From an uncultured Thermodesulfobacteriota bacterium (GTDB taxonomy: Bacteria; Desulfobacterota; WTBG01; CAIYCZ01; CAIRTM01), in assembly GCA_964621615.1 (NCBI GenBank), contig CAZUMW010000003.1, positions 131,619 through 195,618 on the forward strand: a stretch of DNA of 64,000 bases, written 5' to 3'. The position numbers and the translations under genes were made by a program. The notes below the pieces were generated by a model that saw only the letters and a program-made list of their open reading frames with translations, did not search any database and was not told the origin of the DNA. Positions within the stretch are counted from its first letter, which is position 1, and each line of letters starts with the position of its first letter. Shown here one piece after another: positions 28,869 to 39,160 of this stretch.

Positions 28869-30620
28869 ATGTGCCAAAGCACACGCGACAGCCGCTCCCG
28901 CATGCGCGCCGGGCTGCTGCTCGTTCTGGCGGCGGTGCTCGTGTATGCAAATACCCTGGCAAACGATTTTGTGGCCGGCGACCGGCAGTTTCTCCTCCGC
29001 AATCCGGCCCTGGGCTCGCACAAAGCGGTGCTGCATTCGTTTGCCGCCGATTACTGGGCGGTGCTCGGCGCCGAGTCGTATGCCTATTACCGCCCTGTTG
29101 TTGTGCTGAGCCACTATGTTGACTGGGTGCTGTTCGGCAAAGCGCCGGCAGGGCATCATCTGTCCAATATCGTATACCACTGCATTGCGGTTCTGCTGGT
29201 GTTCAGGCTGTTTGTGATGCTGCTGGCACACACCGGGGCGGCCGCGGCAGGGGCCCTTCTGTTTGCCATGCACCCGGTGCACACGCATTCAGTCAGCTAT
29301 GTGGTCGGGCGGACCGATGTTCTCGCCGCGATTTTTTTCCTTGCGGCGCTTGTGCTGTGGCTTGACAAAAAAGGGGGAGCGATAAAGACGGCCCTGTGCT
29401 GCGTGTGTTATCTTGCAGCGATGCTGTGTAAGGAAATCGCCGTCACGCTTCCCGCGGCTGTTTTGCTGCACCGGTACCTGTGGCCTGAGGCCCGAAGCGC
29501 ACCTGCCCTTTACTGGCGGGTGCGCTTCGGGTGCCTGGTAGCCCCCGCGGTGATATACGGCTTTTTGAGATGGTATGCGGTCGGGCTGTCTGCGCCTTCT
29601 GCGGCGGAGCCTGAGTGGTACAGCCTGTGGCAGCAGTGCGCAATGGTGCCGATCACCCTTGGGTTTTACGCTGCAAAGCTCATGTTTCCCGTCACGCTGT
29701 GTTATTACAGCAATTTAATTGTCCCCGAAACATATATGCACATGCTGATGTCACCCTATTTCATCACAGGCTGTACCGTGATGATTATCGCGGCGTTCAG
29801 TGTCCGGCGTTTGCCGCGATATGCCTTTGGCGCGTGCTTTGTGATTATAACCCTTATGCCGGTGCTTAACATTATTCCCCTGCCTGAATGTGCAAAGGAA
29901 AATTACCTGTATCTTCCCTCGATCGGCTTTTGCCTGGTGGTTTCGCTCCCCGCTGCGCGGGCTGCGGCACAGAGGCGGCGGAAATATATTTATGCCTGCA
30001 TAGGAATCGTGTGTCTGCTCTATGGTGTGAAAACAGTGCAGAGAAATCTCGATTATCGCTCTCCTGTGCGCTTTCTGCAGGCAACCCTTGAGGATATGGA
30101 CGCGGTGGAGCCGAAAAACCGCGGGAATGTCTGTTACTTTTCCGCGGTGAAAAACCATTTTATTACCTACCGGAATCTGGGGCGGATATATTTCAAGCAG
30201 GGGGAAATGGAAAAGGCCGCCCGGGCCTTTGAGCAGGCGCTCCGGTATGCGCCGCCCTATTTCTCGCCGCGCTATGCCGACGATGCCGCTGTTTCCCTTG
30301 GGCGCGCGTATGAAAAACTGGGCCGGTATGAGCGCGCTGCCGCGGTGCTCACCGACATTCTCCCTGTGACCGGGCGCCCTGCGCAGGTGCACAACCTGCT
30401 GGGCGTTATTTCAATACGGCAAGCTGATTACAGCGCTGCGCAGCGGCATTTTGAAGAGGCTGTCCGCCTGAATCCCGGATATGCATCGGCACACTATAAT
30501 CTGGGGCTTTTATATCTGCACAGAGGAGACCGGGCGCGGGCGCTGTCCCGGCTGCGCACAGCAGCACGGCTCGACACCCGGTACCGGGTTCCGGAGAGGC
30601 TCCGGGGCGGTGGTGAATGA
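28869..30620 (+). CDS. GT-C-like polytopic membrane protein with C-terminal TPR repeats (TMTC/PMT_2-like)
   Basis: N-terminal YANTLANDFVAGDRQFLLRNP...YYRPVVVLSHYVDW is the typical DUF1736/PMT_2 region. ~9 TM helices. Three or four C-terminal TPR motifs. Confidence 0.6.
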   Translation: MCQSTRDSRSRMRAGLLLVLAAVLVYANTLANDFVAGDRQFLLRNPALGSHKAVLHSFAADYWAVLGAESYAYYRPVVVLSHYVDWVLFGKAPAGHHLSNIVYHCIAVLLVFRLFVMLLAHTGAAAAGALLFAMHPVHTHSVSYVVGRTDVLAAIFFLAALVLWLDKKGGAIKTALCCVCYLAAMLCKEIAVTLPAAVLLHRYLWPEARSAPALYWRVRFGCLVAPAVIYGFLRWYAVGLSAPSAAEPEWYSLWQQCAMVPITLGFYAAKLMFPVTLCYYSNLIVPETYMHMLMSPYFITGCTVMIIAAFSVRRLPRYAFGACFVIITLMPVLNIIPLPECAKENYLYLPSIGFCLVVSLPAARAAAQRRRKYIYACIGIVCLLYGVKTVQRNLDYRSPVRFLQATLEDMDAVEPKNRGNVCYFSAVKNHFITYRNLGRIYFKQGEMEKAARAFEQALRYAPPYFSPRYADDAAVSLGRAYEKLGRYERAAAVLTDILPVTGRPAQVHNLLGVISIRQADYSAAQRHFEEAVRLNPGYASAHYNLGLLYLHRGDRARALSRLRTAARLDTRYRVPERLRGGGE

Positions 30621-30682
30621 TTCAGAAGCACAGCGGCTCCCGGATGGGCAGCGGTTGCGGCAGCGACGGTGACCGGAAGCGG

Positions 30683-33600
30683 CTAGTCAATGTCAAGCCG
30701 CAGGGTGCTGCGCTTTTTTTTGTCTTTTCCGCTCCGGCCGGCCGGCGGGGCGTCCCGGCTTTCAGGCGGCTGGCTGCTGTCAGGTGTGTGCCCATGATGG
30801 CATGCATGACCGGCGAGGGCTTTCAGGTGTGATTCAACGGCCGATGGGGGTATCCACCCGTATCCGGCACAGGCAAGGCGGTCGAGCAGCGCTGCAAATT
30901 CACTGCTGTCCCGCGGCGGAGCGGTGATTTCTCCCCGGGGGCGCTCCGGCTGCGGGCTGCACGTGCCCCCTGAGGCGCGCATGGTTAGAAATGCCCTCAG
31001 ATAGGCGGCGGCCCCCTCATCCCAGGTCTCTGCTGCCGGGGAGGCAAGCTCCCAGTCGAGCAGCCACAGCCGGACTGCAGCGTCTTTGCCGCCTGATATG
31101 AGCCGGTGACCCGGCGGAGCGAGGTCAATCCCGCTCACCCCGTATTCGTGCCCCTCAAACACTCTCAGCGCGCTGCCGGTGCCGGGATCCCAGAGGCGCA
31201 CCGTGCCGTCATCGCTGCCGGATGCAGCACAATGCCGATCGCAGCTCATGGCGACTGCGGTGATCCGCCCCGTATGCCCCTTCATGGCGGACAGGCAGCT
31301 GCCGGTTTCAATCTCCCAGATCCGTATGCTGCAGTCCGCGTGGCCGGTAATCACCCGCATCCCGTCGCTGCTTACATCAAGGCAGGTGACGGGTGAGCTT
31401 CTCTCATCGAATATGCGCACGCACGTGCCCGTTGCCGTGTCCCAGAGGCGCACCGTGCTGTCCCCGCTGCCTGACACAATAAACCGGCCGTCAGGGGTGA
31501 CGCCGAGCGAGGTTACCGGACCGGCGTGCCCGCTCAGCGTGGCGCGGCACGCGCCGGTTTTCACATCCCAGAGCTTTATCAATGCATCTGCGAACCCCGA
31601 TGCGAACAGCCTGCTGTCAGGAGCGGCTGCGAGAGCGTATACGCTTTGCCGGTGGGCTTTCAGGGTGTGCGCGCACGACGGGTCAGCTGTGGCCCATATT
31701 TTTATGCTTCCGTCACCCGCTCCGGAGAGCAGCCGCTCCCCGGCCGGGCAGAGGGCATAGATCGGGCCGCTGTGCGCCTCGAGGGCTGCCAGGCACTGGA
31801 AGGAATTCATATCCCAGAGCCGCAGCTCTCCCTGCTCGCTGCCCGATGCGGCAGCGCGGCCGCCGCTGCACATGCACACGGCTGTTACTGCATCTTCGTG
31901 TCCCTGCAGCAGATGCTCTGCCCAGGCTCCCCGCAGGCCCTGCTTGGGCAGCTTCCGATAAAGCTGAAGCCACAGGGAGAGCGCTTCCGGGCTGCGCTCG
32001 TATCCTTTTTGTGCCCGCGCCCGCATGAGATGATTTCGTGCCTCCCCCGGCATATGCGCGCTGAGCGCGTCATGTGCTTTGCCCACATGATGCTCATAGG
32101 CGCTGTGCGCCCTGAGTGCGTCCTCGCTTGCGCTGAGCTGCGACAGGCTCATCGGTGCGGGAAGGGCGGGGGAGGTTATGGAAACGCACCACTGCTTAAT
32201 GGTTGCGTCTTCGCTGCCCGAGAAGGCATGCAGCCCGTCCGGCGCAAAGCAGGCCGACGTTACGGCGCCGGTATGGCCGGTGAAGGTATACAGGCACCGC
32301 CCCCGCTCGGTTTCCCAGAGCTTAAGGGCCCGCTCCTTGCCGAAAAAGCTGCCCCCGCCGGACAGGAAGTACTGTCCTGTGGGGCTCAGGCAGACCGCGG
32401 TTACCGCTTCCGCATGACCGGCGAACGTTTTCAGGCAGCAGCCGTCCTGAAGCGACCACAGCCTCACGGTTGTATCGCTGCTGCCGGACAAAATGTGGCC
32501 GGCGCCGCTGCTGATGCTCAGCGTCGTAACAGGGCCGCTGTGTCCGGTCAGGGTGCGCATGCATGCGCCTGACCGGGTATCCCATATGCTGATAGCCGCA
32601 TCGCGCCCCGCTGATATAATGCGGGAGCCGTCGGGCGTCCAGCACAGGGCGGCGACCGCATCCTCATGCGCGCGTATTGAAGTAATGCAGCGGCCTGTGT
32701 GTACGTCCCACACAAAAACAGCGCCGTTGCGCCCGCCGGATGCGGCGCGGGAGCCGTCATCGGACATGCAGGCGCATTCGACCGGCGCCTCATGCCCGGC
32801 AAGCGTGCGCAGGCATGTGCCGGAGACCGTGTCCCACAGTTTCAGGGTCCCGTCGACGCTGGCCGACAGGAGCAGGGTGCCGGTATGGTCGCAGCATACC
32901 GAGGTTATTTTGCCCCCGTGGCCGGTATATGCGCTGATGAGGGATCCTGTTTCTATATCCCACATCCGGATGCTGAAATCCTTTTCCCGCGCAAAGGCAA
33001 CGGGTGAGCCGCTCCCGGAAAAAAGCACCTTTCCCTGCGGGTGCAGGCACAGCGCGTTGACAGCATTGCTGTGCCCCTCAAGCGTTTTAACGCACCGGCG
33101 CGTCAGGTTCCGGCGGCTCCGGGCGGCATCCATCACATCGCGTGCATCCTGCAGCGCGGGGCTTTCAGGCGAAAGGGGCTCGCAGCGCTCAAGGGCGCTT
33201 TCGTAATTGCCGCGCTCGAGCTCAAGGCGTGCCAGAAGCGCCTCGCTTTTATCGTCGTCGGGGTGTGCGTGCAGCATTTCCTCGACCGAGCGGATCGCTG
33301 CGGCGTCGCTGATGCTGCCGGAGCGCCACAGCATCAGCGCCCTGTTGTATGTTGCATCAGGATGGCCGGGATGCAGGGCAAGCGCCCTGTTGAAGCACTC
33401 GGCCGCTTCGGGAATGTGGTCGAGGTCGATGAGCGAAACGCCGCGGTTGTTCAGGCTGTCTGCCAGAGCCTGCGCCGATTGCGGGTCGGGGCGCGGATAC
33501 AGGGATCCCGCAGCCGTGCGGTATATGTCCTGAAGCAGGCCGATAGCCTGGTCGAGAAAAGGGCGCTCTGCGGGGTTGTGTGTGAGGCACCGGCCGATAA

Positions 33601-34627
33601 GGGCAAAGAGCTTTTCGGGCAGCGGGGGAAGCCCGGCACGCAGCGGCCGCCCCGGCGTCAGTGCGTGCAAAGCATCGGCGGCCTGCTCGCCGCTCTGCCA
33701 CGTAACAGCGCCGGTAAACATTTCGAGAATAGAGACCCCCCAGGACCAGATATCGGTTGCGGGCGTCAGTTTCTCGCGCTTGTGCTGCGGCATTCCCTGC
33801 TGAGCCTGCGCCACGATCGCGGCCTGCTCCGGGGAGCAGTATGCCGGCGTCATTCCCCCGCAGGTTGCAACAATATTGTCACCGTAGCCTCTGGGCAGCG
33901 CGCCGATCAGCGCGCTGGCTTTGGCAAGCCCGAAATCGGTGACCTTTGCGGTTCCCGCCCCCGTTGTCATAATATTTGCCGGCTTGACATCCTGATGTAT
34001 CAGGCCCTGCTGATGGGCAAACTGAAGGCCCCATGCAGCCTGAATCGCTATGTCGAGGATTCGCTTGAGCGATTCGGCTTCGCCTCCCTGATACAGTGCC
34101 CGGGACTGTATCAGATCAAAAAGGCTTCCGCCGTCTATAAACTCCGAGAATACGAACGGGGTGCCGCCAAGAACGCGGACATAATAGCAGCTGACGATGT
34201 GGGGGTGGAGCCCCAGGTTTACCCAGGTTTCGGCTTCGCTCACAAAGTTTTCACGCCCGGCGGACGTTTCCAGAAGGCCGGGCTTCGGCGTTTTCACGGC
34301 CAGGTCCCTGCCCCAGGCTCTGTGTCGGACGCGGTAGACGGTTGCAGTGCCTCCGGTAACAAAAATGTCTTTGACTTCATAGAGGTCAAGGATGATATCG
34401 CCGACGGACCAGCGTGCGGGTGCGCGATGGTGCGCCTCCGCTTCAGCCCCGGTCATGTGTATCGTGCCGGTGCGCAGCTGCCGGGTGACGGATGAGGATA
34501 CGGCGGGCTGTGTTGAAGAGCCGGAACCTGCCGGGCCGGCGCTCTCCGGTGATTCCGGAAGGCCTGCGGTGTCCCCGCTGCTGTTGCGAGGTGCCGGTTT
34601 GTCGGTGCCGGAATGGTTTGAATTCAT
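30683..34627 (-). CDS. Ser/Thr protein kinase fused to TPR repeats and ~14 WD40 repeats
   Basis: Hanks kinase motifs: VAVK-like lysine region, HQDVKPANIM catalytic loop, DFGLA. TPR region follows, then many xxGHxxxVxxVxxSPDGxxxxSGSxDxTxRLWD repeats. Confidence 0.85.
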   Translation of the reverse strand: MNSNHSGTDKPAPRNSSGDTAGLPESPESAGPAGSGSSTQPAVSSSVTRQLRTGTIHMTGAEAEAHHRAPARWSVGDIILDLYEVKDIFVTGGTATVYRVRHRAWGRDLAVKTPKPGLLETSAGRENFVSEAETWVNLGLHPHIVSCYYVRVLGGTPFVFSEFIDGGSLFDLIQSRALYQGGEAESLKRILDIAIQAAWGLQFAHQQGLIHQDVKPANIMTTGAGTAKVTDFGLAKASALIGALPRGYGDNIVATCGGMTPAYCSPEQAAIVAQAQQGMPQHKREKLTPATDIWSWGVSILEMFTGAVTWQSGEQAADALHALTPGRPLRAGLPPLPEKLFALIGRCLTHNPAERPFLDQAIGLLQDIYRTAAGSLYPRPDPQSAQALADSLNNRGVSLIDLDHIPEAAECFNRALALHPGHPDATYNRALMLWRSGSISDAAAIRSVEEMLHAHPDDDKSEALLARLELERGNYESALERCEPLSPESPALQDARDVMDAARSRRNLTRRCVKTLEGHSNAVNALCLHPQGKVLFSGSGSPVAFAREKDFSIRMWDIETGSLISAYTGHGGKITSVCCDHTGTLLLSASVDGTLKLWDTVSGTCLRTLAGHEAPVECACMSDDGSRAASGGRNGAVFVWDVHTGRCITSIRAHEDAVAALCWTPDGSRIISAGRDAAISIWDTRSGACMRTLTGHSGPVTTLSISSGAGHILSGSSDTTVRLWSLQDGCCLKTFAGHAEAVTAVCLSPTGQYFLSGGGSFFGKERALKLWETERGRCLYTFTGHTGAVTSACFAPDGLHAFSGSEDATIKQWCVSITSPALPAPMSLSQLSASEDALRAHSAYEHHVGKAHDALSAHMPGEARNHLMRARAQKGYERSPEALSLWLQLYRKLPKQGLRGAWAEHLLQGHEDAVTAVCMCSGGRAAASGSEQGELRLWDMNSFQCLAALEAHSGPIYALCPAGERLLSGAGDGSIKIWATADPSCAHTLKAHRQSVYALAAAPDSRLFASGFADALIKLWDVKTGACRATLSGHAGPVTSLGVTPDGRFIVSGSGDSTVRLWDTATGTCVRIFDERSSPVTCLDVSSDGMRVITGHADCSIRIWEIETGSCLSAMKGHTGRITAVAMSCDRHCAASGSDDGTVRLWDPGTGSALRVFEGHEYGVSGIDLAPPGHRLISGGKDAAVRLWLLDWELASPAAETWDEGAAAYLRAFLTMRASGGTCSPQPERPRGEITAPPRDSSEFAALLDRLACAGYGWIPPSAVESHLKALAGHACHHGHTPDSSQPPESRDAPPAGRSGKDKKKRSTLRLDID

Positions 34628-34657
34628 ACGCTGTACGCGAGCGCGTATGTGCCGGTT

Positions 34658-36340
34658 CTATGCGCTGCCGAGCACTTCATATGTCATGACGGCCGTGCTT
34701 TTGCCCTTGACTTTTTTCGGGCCGATTTTTCTTATGGAAAATCTGTCCTGCACAAGCCGATAGGTGTCCTCCCCGATGAGGATCTGATTTTCGCCGGCTA
34801 TTGACTCAAGGCGCGATGCGGTGTTGACCACATCGCCGATAACCGTGTACTCGAGCCTCCTGAGCGAGCCGATATTGCCGGCAACAACGGGGCCGGTGTT
34901 AATGCCGATGCGTATGTTGAATGAGCTTGTGAGCTCGGACTCGTCTTTCATTGCGGCAAGCTGCGCTCTCATATCTATTGCGGCTCTGATTGCCCGCTCT
35001 GCATCGTCGTCCTTTTGCATCGGCGCGCCGAAAACCGCCATCATTCCGTCGCCGATATATTTGTCAAGCGTGCCGTCATAGGTGAATACTATATCGGTCA
35101 TCCGGGAGAAATACCTGTTCAGAAGCATGGTTGTTTCCCGCGGCGGCATCTTTTCAGCAAGGCCGGTAAAGCCGATTATATCGGTAAACAGAATCGTTGC
35201 GGTCACCTCCTTGGGCTCCATGAGGCTTTCCTTTGTTTCCTGCGTGCCCTGCAGAATCATTTCGATGACCTGCGGTGAGTGGAACCGCTCAAGCCTGCTG
35301 CGCATTGCCTCCTCGGCCCGGATCTGCTCATTCAGGCTTGCCTGCTCGATGACCATGGCCATCTGGCTGCCGATCGCCTTGAGCAGCTCCAGATCGTCTT
35401 TGGTGAAATGGTTGTCAGGCCGCACGCTGTCGAGCTGTATGACGCCGATTATGGTGTCTTTTTTCCACAGCGGTACGCACATCGCAGAGCGTATCTGCTG
35501 GATGAACACGCTTTTGGCGCTGTCAAGGCGGGAATCATCCATGGCGTTGGAGGTCAGCAGGGCCACTTTGTCGTTTATCACACGCTTGATAATTGTCCTG
35601 CTTGCTTTCAGGGGCTCGCTGCTTTTGTGCTGCTCGTCCTTGTGTTTAACGACAACGGGCACAAGGTCGTCATCGCCGTTCCCCTCGGTCAGTATGAGGA
35701 AGCCGTAGTCGGCATCGACAACCATGAATATCAGATCCATTATTTTTTTCAGCAGCTCATCGAAATCCTGAATATAATTCAGCTGCCGGCTTATTTCATA
35801 CAGCACGAAAAGAACTTTGTTGGTGCGCTCCAGCGATGAAATATCGACAGCGCTGTACCCGGAGCCGGAACCCGCTGAGCTGCGGGCGCTGAAATGCCCG
35901 CTGGATAATTTTTGGGGTGCGGGGGTGACCAGAAGATTTTCGGACGCCACGTAGCTGGCCTGCGGGCTGCTGTCTACAACCTTTTGATCCTCAATCTCCC
36001 TGTCTCCCTCAGGCGCCAGGATGACCGAATCCGTGTGCAGGCGGGACCTGCTGTGGTCGCCGCTGAATATCAGCTTAGTTTCCCCGAGCCGTATTTCGTC
36101 CTGATTGCGCAGCCGGCAGCTCCGGACCGGCTTGCCGTTAACTTTCGTTCCGTTGAAGCTCTCCAGATCCTCAATCATATGTCCCTCTGCGGACGTGCGT
36201 ATTACGGCATGATTGCGGGAGGCGGTATTATCGGCAACCACAATGTCGTTGTCTTTGCTGCGGCCGATCGATAGTGTGTCGCCCGTGAGGGGATGTTCCG
36301 TGGTGGTGCCGTCTTTGTGGATAACGGTGATAGTTGCCAT
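34658..36340 (-). CDS. FHA-GAF-class III adenylate/guanylate cyclase
   Basis: N-terminal FHA LSIGRSKDNDIVVADNTASRNHAVI. Central GAF. C-terminal cyclase ILFTDIIGFTGLAE ... GDGMMAVFG. Sits 30 nt upstream of the kinase gene on the same strand. Confidence 0.8.
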   Translation of the reverse strand: MATITVIHKDGTTTEHPLTGDTLSIGRSKDNDIVVADNTASRNHAVIRTSAEGHMIEDLESFNGTKVNGKPVRSCRLRNQDEIRLGETKLIFSGDHSRSRLHTDSVILAPEGDREIEDQKVVDSSPQASYVASENLLVTPAPQKLSSGHFSARSSAGSGSGYSAVDISSLERTNKVLFVLYEISRQLNYIQDFDELLKKIMDLIFMVVDADYGFLILTEGNGDDDLVPVVVKHKDEQHKSSEPLKASRTIIKRVINDKVALLTSNAMDDSRLDSAKSVFIQQIRSAMCVPLWKKDTIIGVIQLDSVRPDNHFTKDDLELLKAIGSQMAMVIEQASLNEQIRAEEAMRSRLERFHSPQVIEMILQGTQETKESLMEPKEVTATILFTDIIGFTGLAEKMPPRETTMLLNRYFSRMTDIVFTYDGTLDKYIGDGMMAVFGAPMQKDDDAERAIRAAIDMRAQLAAMKDESELTSSFNIRIGINTGPVVAGNIGSLRRLEYTVIGDVVNTASRLESIAGENQILIGEDTYRLVQDRFSIRKIGPKKVKGKSTAVMTYEVLGSA

Positions 36341-36850
36341 GCTGTGTGTTTTCTAACGGCTGTTATGGCTGATATGGTGAAATCTGCTCCCGGCCTCACG
36401 CCTGCGAGGGCGACCGGAGCAGCGCCTGGCCGCCGCTTGTCATATTTATTCTGATTCACTGTTAAATGTATCACTGCGGCATGATTTGGTCAAACAGGAA
36501 AAAAACAGTTTTTTTTCATTGTATATCGCATGCCGCTTTATGCATTGCGTGCAGGCGGTACATGGTGGTGCTTGTGAGCAGCGGCAGTGCCGCTGTTTTT
36601 TTAACTTTTAGATGAAACCATGGTTCTTTATATGTGTTAAACATAATAGAGCCGGTAAAAACCGAAAAGGTGCTCAGAAATGAAGTGGATAACAACACAA
36701 CTGTTTGAAAGAGAAGATGTAATCATTGTGTGGCTGAGTATCCTGCTGTGGATATTCAGTCTTGGCGGTATTTATATGTTTTGCCGCTTGTTCCTGTACT
36801 GAAAGACTTTTTATCTCATAAAATGACTGCAGCACCACTGCGGTCTGCCC

Positions 36851-36885
36851 AAACGATTACAAAGCCTGCGTTATGCAGGCTTTTT
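36851..36885 (+). terminator. Rho-independent terminator-like hairpin in the cobD leader
   Basis: AAAGCCTGC-gttat-GCAGGCTTTTTTT located ~200 nt upstream of the cobD start. Confidence 0.45.
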
Positions 36886-37086
36886 TTGTCTGCTGTTATG
36901 CCGGTGCATGTGTGTAAAAATGAAAGTATTTTTAGTCATTTAAACATTATTTATAATGTTTTTGTCCTGTGGGTCCATTTTCCTGATTGACAAAATGATG
37001 AAAATACAATAAGTTAGATGAAGCAAAAAAAGCCTGCTGCACCGCCGGCCCAACATATCACCCCTTGCAAGAAAAAGGAGATTCTC

Positions 37087-38169
37087 GTGTTAAAAAAACA
37101 TGGTGGCAATGTTTATGAAATTGCACGGCAGCTTGGTGTTGACGTTGACGCCATTACTGATTTCAGCGCAAATATAAATCCGCTTGGCTACTCGGGGCGG
37201 GTGAAAAAAATGCTGACAGCCATGGATCGGGATATACTGAACTACCCTGATCAGAGCGCCCGGGCATTTGTTGACGCGCTTGCCGAGTATCACGGTATTC
37301 CGGCGGACAATATTCTGGCAGGAAACGGCTCGACGGAGTTTATTCATTTTTTCCCCGGTATCATACGGCCCAAAAGTGTATTGATTGTGTCACCTGCATT
37401 TACCGAGTATGAGCACAGCTTTCACCGGGCCAAAGGCGTTGTGTTTCATTTTATGACACATGAAAAGGACGGCTTCAAAATACAGGAAAAAAAGCTGATC
37501 GATGAGCTCAGGCGGGGATACAGCGCCCTGTACCTGTGCAACCCGTCGTGTCCGGCAGGCGTGGTTATCCCGGCAAAGACAATGAAGGACATCATCACTG
37601 CCGCTCATAAAAAAGGCTCCACGATCATCGTGGATGAGACATTTATGGACTATACCGAGGAGCATTCCGTAAAAGCGCTGGCCGGATCCATGGACAATGT
37701 CTATATACTCAGATCGATGAGTAAATTTTTCGGCATGCCGGGGCTGCGCTGCGGCTACATTATCGCACACCCGAAGGCTGTTGAGCGCCTCAGGGAAAAG
37801 CTGCCGTCCTGGAGCGTCAATGCCGTGGCGCAGCATGCAGGTGCTGAAAGCGTAAAAGACGGCTCATTTATTCAAAAAACCGTTTCCTACAACCAGGACG
37901 CCCGGAGAGCCTTTGTCAAGGAGCTCAAAAAGCTCCCGGGGCTCTCCGTGTTTGAAGGCGCTGCAAATTATCTGCTGGTAAAATGTGACGAGTCTGCTCC
38001 GGTTGCGGCCCCCGGCCTGCATGAAATACTTTTGGAAAAGCACATGCTCATAAGAATATGCGATGACTTTCATGGCCTTGATGAGTCCTGGTTCCGGGTG
38101 GCCGTCAAGAAGAAAAACGACAATAAAAAGCTGGTATCGGAGCTGAAAAAAATCCTCAGCCAGCAATGA
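37087..38169 (+). CDS. cobD: Threonine-phosphate decarboxylase / aminotransferase class I-II (CobD/CobC-like)
   Basis: LKKHGGNVYEIARQLGVDVDAITDFSANINPLG matches the CobD N-terminus. GTG at 37087 is preceded by AAGGAG at -6. The longer ATG frame from 37018 lacks an SD. Confidence 0.65.
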   Translation: MLKKHGGNVYEIARQLGVDVDAITDFSANINPLGYSGRVKKMLTAMDRDILNYPDQSARAFVDALAEYHGIPADNILAGNGSTEFIHFFPGIIRPKSVLIVSPAFTEYEHSFHRAKGVVFHFMTHEKDGFKIQEKKLIDELRRGYSALYLCNPSCPAGVVIPAKTMKDIITAAHKKGSTIIVDETFMDYTEEHSVKALAGSMDNVYILRSMSKFFGMPGLRCGYIIAHPKAVERLREKLPSWSVNAVAQHAGAESVKDGSFIQKTVSYNQDARRAFVKELKKLPGLSVFEGAANYLLVKCDESAPVAAPGLHEILLEKHMLIRICDDFHGLDESWFRVAVKKKNDNKKLVSELKKILSQQ

Positions 38170-38268
38170 GGGCCTATGCGCGGGCCCTGTATCCGATGCG
38201 GCGACGCGCGCCTGCCGCCGCTGCCCCGCCCGCACGGGAATCCGTAAAGCCTGAAATGGAGAGCAGAC

Positions 38269-39087
38269 ATGAATGTGAGCCTCAAATGGTGGGTGCTGAT
38301 TGTGCTGTGCGCGGTTTTAGCCCAGCGGCCGCTGCACGCCTCAGGGTCGGAATCGCTGATTAAAATCGCACATGTCTCCGATTCGGTGCTGGATGATTTT
38401 GCCGGCTGGAAGGGATTCCTGGGGCGCGGGAATCGCTGCTTCCCGCACCTGCATAGAGCGCTGAGCGCCGGAGTCAGAGCCGGCAGGCCAACCGATGCCG
38501 ACAATGCCACCATAAAGGCATCTGATAGCTTACGGAAGTCGTGCGCGCCGTCTCCTGACGGGCTGAGCCGCATTTCCGGCGCGACAGGGCGGCTTGCGGG
38601 CACACAGCCTCCCGGCAACGGCTCCGGCTGGGATAAATTCATTGTGAATTTTCCGAAAGACCATCCCGGCGCCTCGTTTTTTTTCGAGATATCAGGAGGG
38701 CGGGACCGCTGCAGTGCAGTTGCCGCATATAATGAAAAGGGCGTGCTTGAGCAGATGCCCCTGGTCGGCCCCGGCGATGCGCCCGGCTCAGGCGTCAGCG
38801 TTGTTTCGCTTCAGGAGTTCCGGCGGCGCTGTGCATCCGCTCAGGCTGGCGCCTGGCTTGACAGCGTGCTCCCCGCCAATGACCATATCGGCGTGCTGCT
38901 TGTGCGCGGCAATGAAAGCCCGGCTGGAGAGCAGTCGGACAAAGTGATTATCAGGATACAAAACCGCCCGTCACAGGATTCCGGCCACCTGTTTAACAAA
39001 GAAAGCATTGTCATTTCATGGTCTCCGCCGGAGACGAGCGCACCTCCTCCCGGGAGGAAGCACAGCATATGGCCCTGGGGCGATTGA
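38269..39087 (+). CDS. Hypothetical secreted protein
   Basis: N-terminal signal peptide MNVSLKWWVLIVLCAVLAQRPLHASGS. No recognised domain. Confidence 0.4.
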   Translation: MNVSLKWWVLIVLCAVLAQRPLHASGSESLIKIAHVSDSVLDDFAGWKGFLGRGNRCFPHLHRALSAGVRAGRPTDADNATIKASDSLRKSCAPSPDGLSRISGATGRLAGTQPPGNGSGWDKFIVNFPKDHPGASFFFEISGGRDRCSAVAAYNEKGVLEQMPLVGPGDAPGSGVSVVSLQEFRRRCASAQAGAWLDSVLPANDHIGVLLVRGNESPAGEQSDKVIIRIQNRPSQDSGHLFNKESIVISWSPPETSAPPPGRKHSIWPWGD

Positions 39088-39160
39088 TGTGGCGGCACCC
39101 GTGTCGGATGCCGGCACAATCCAGCGCCCGGCTTCCCCGGTGCCAATCCCATAAATATCT

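Noticed and set aside
31106-34495. Many long plus-strand ORFs (up to 484 aa) across the kinase-WD40 gene
   Set aside because: All are antisense to a gene with unmistakable kinase and WD40 motifs. Typical GC-rich shadow ORFs with Arg/Ala/Pro-rich low-complexity translations.
36700-36850. Cobalamin riboswitch aptamer upstream of cobD
   Set aside because: Only a partial B12-box-like string (ACCACTG) was found. GGTGNNANTCC and the other conserved aptamer elements could not be located by eye. Kept only as a low-interest hypothesis pending cmscan.
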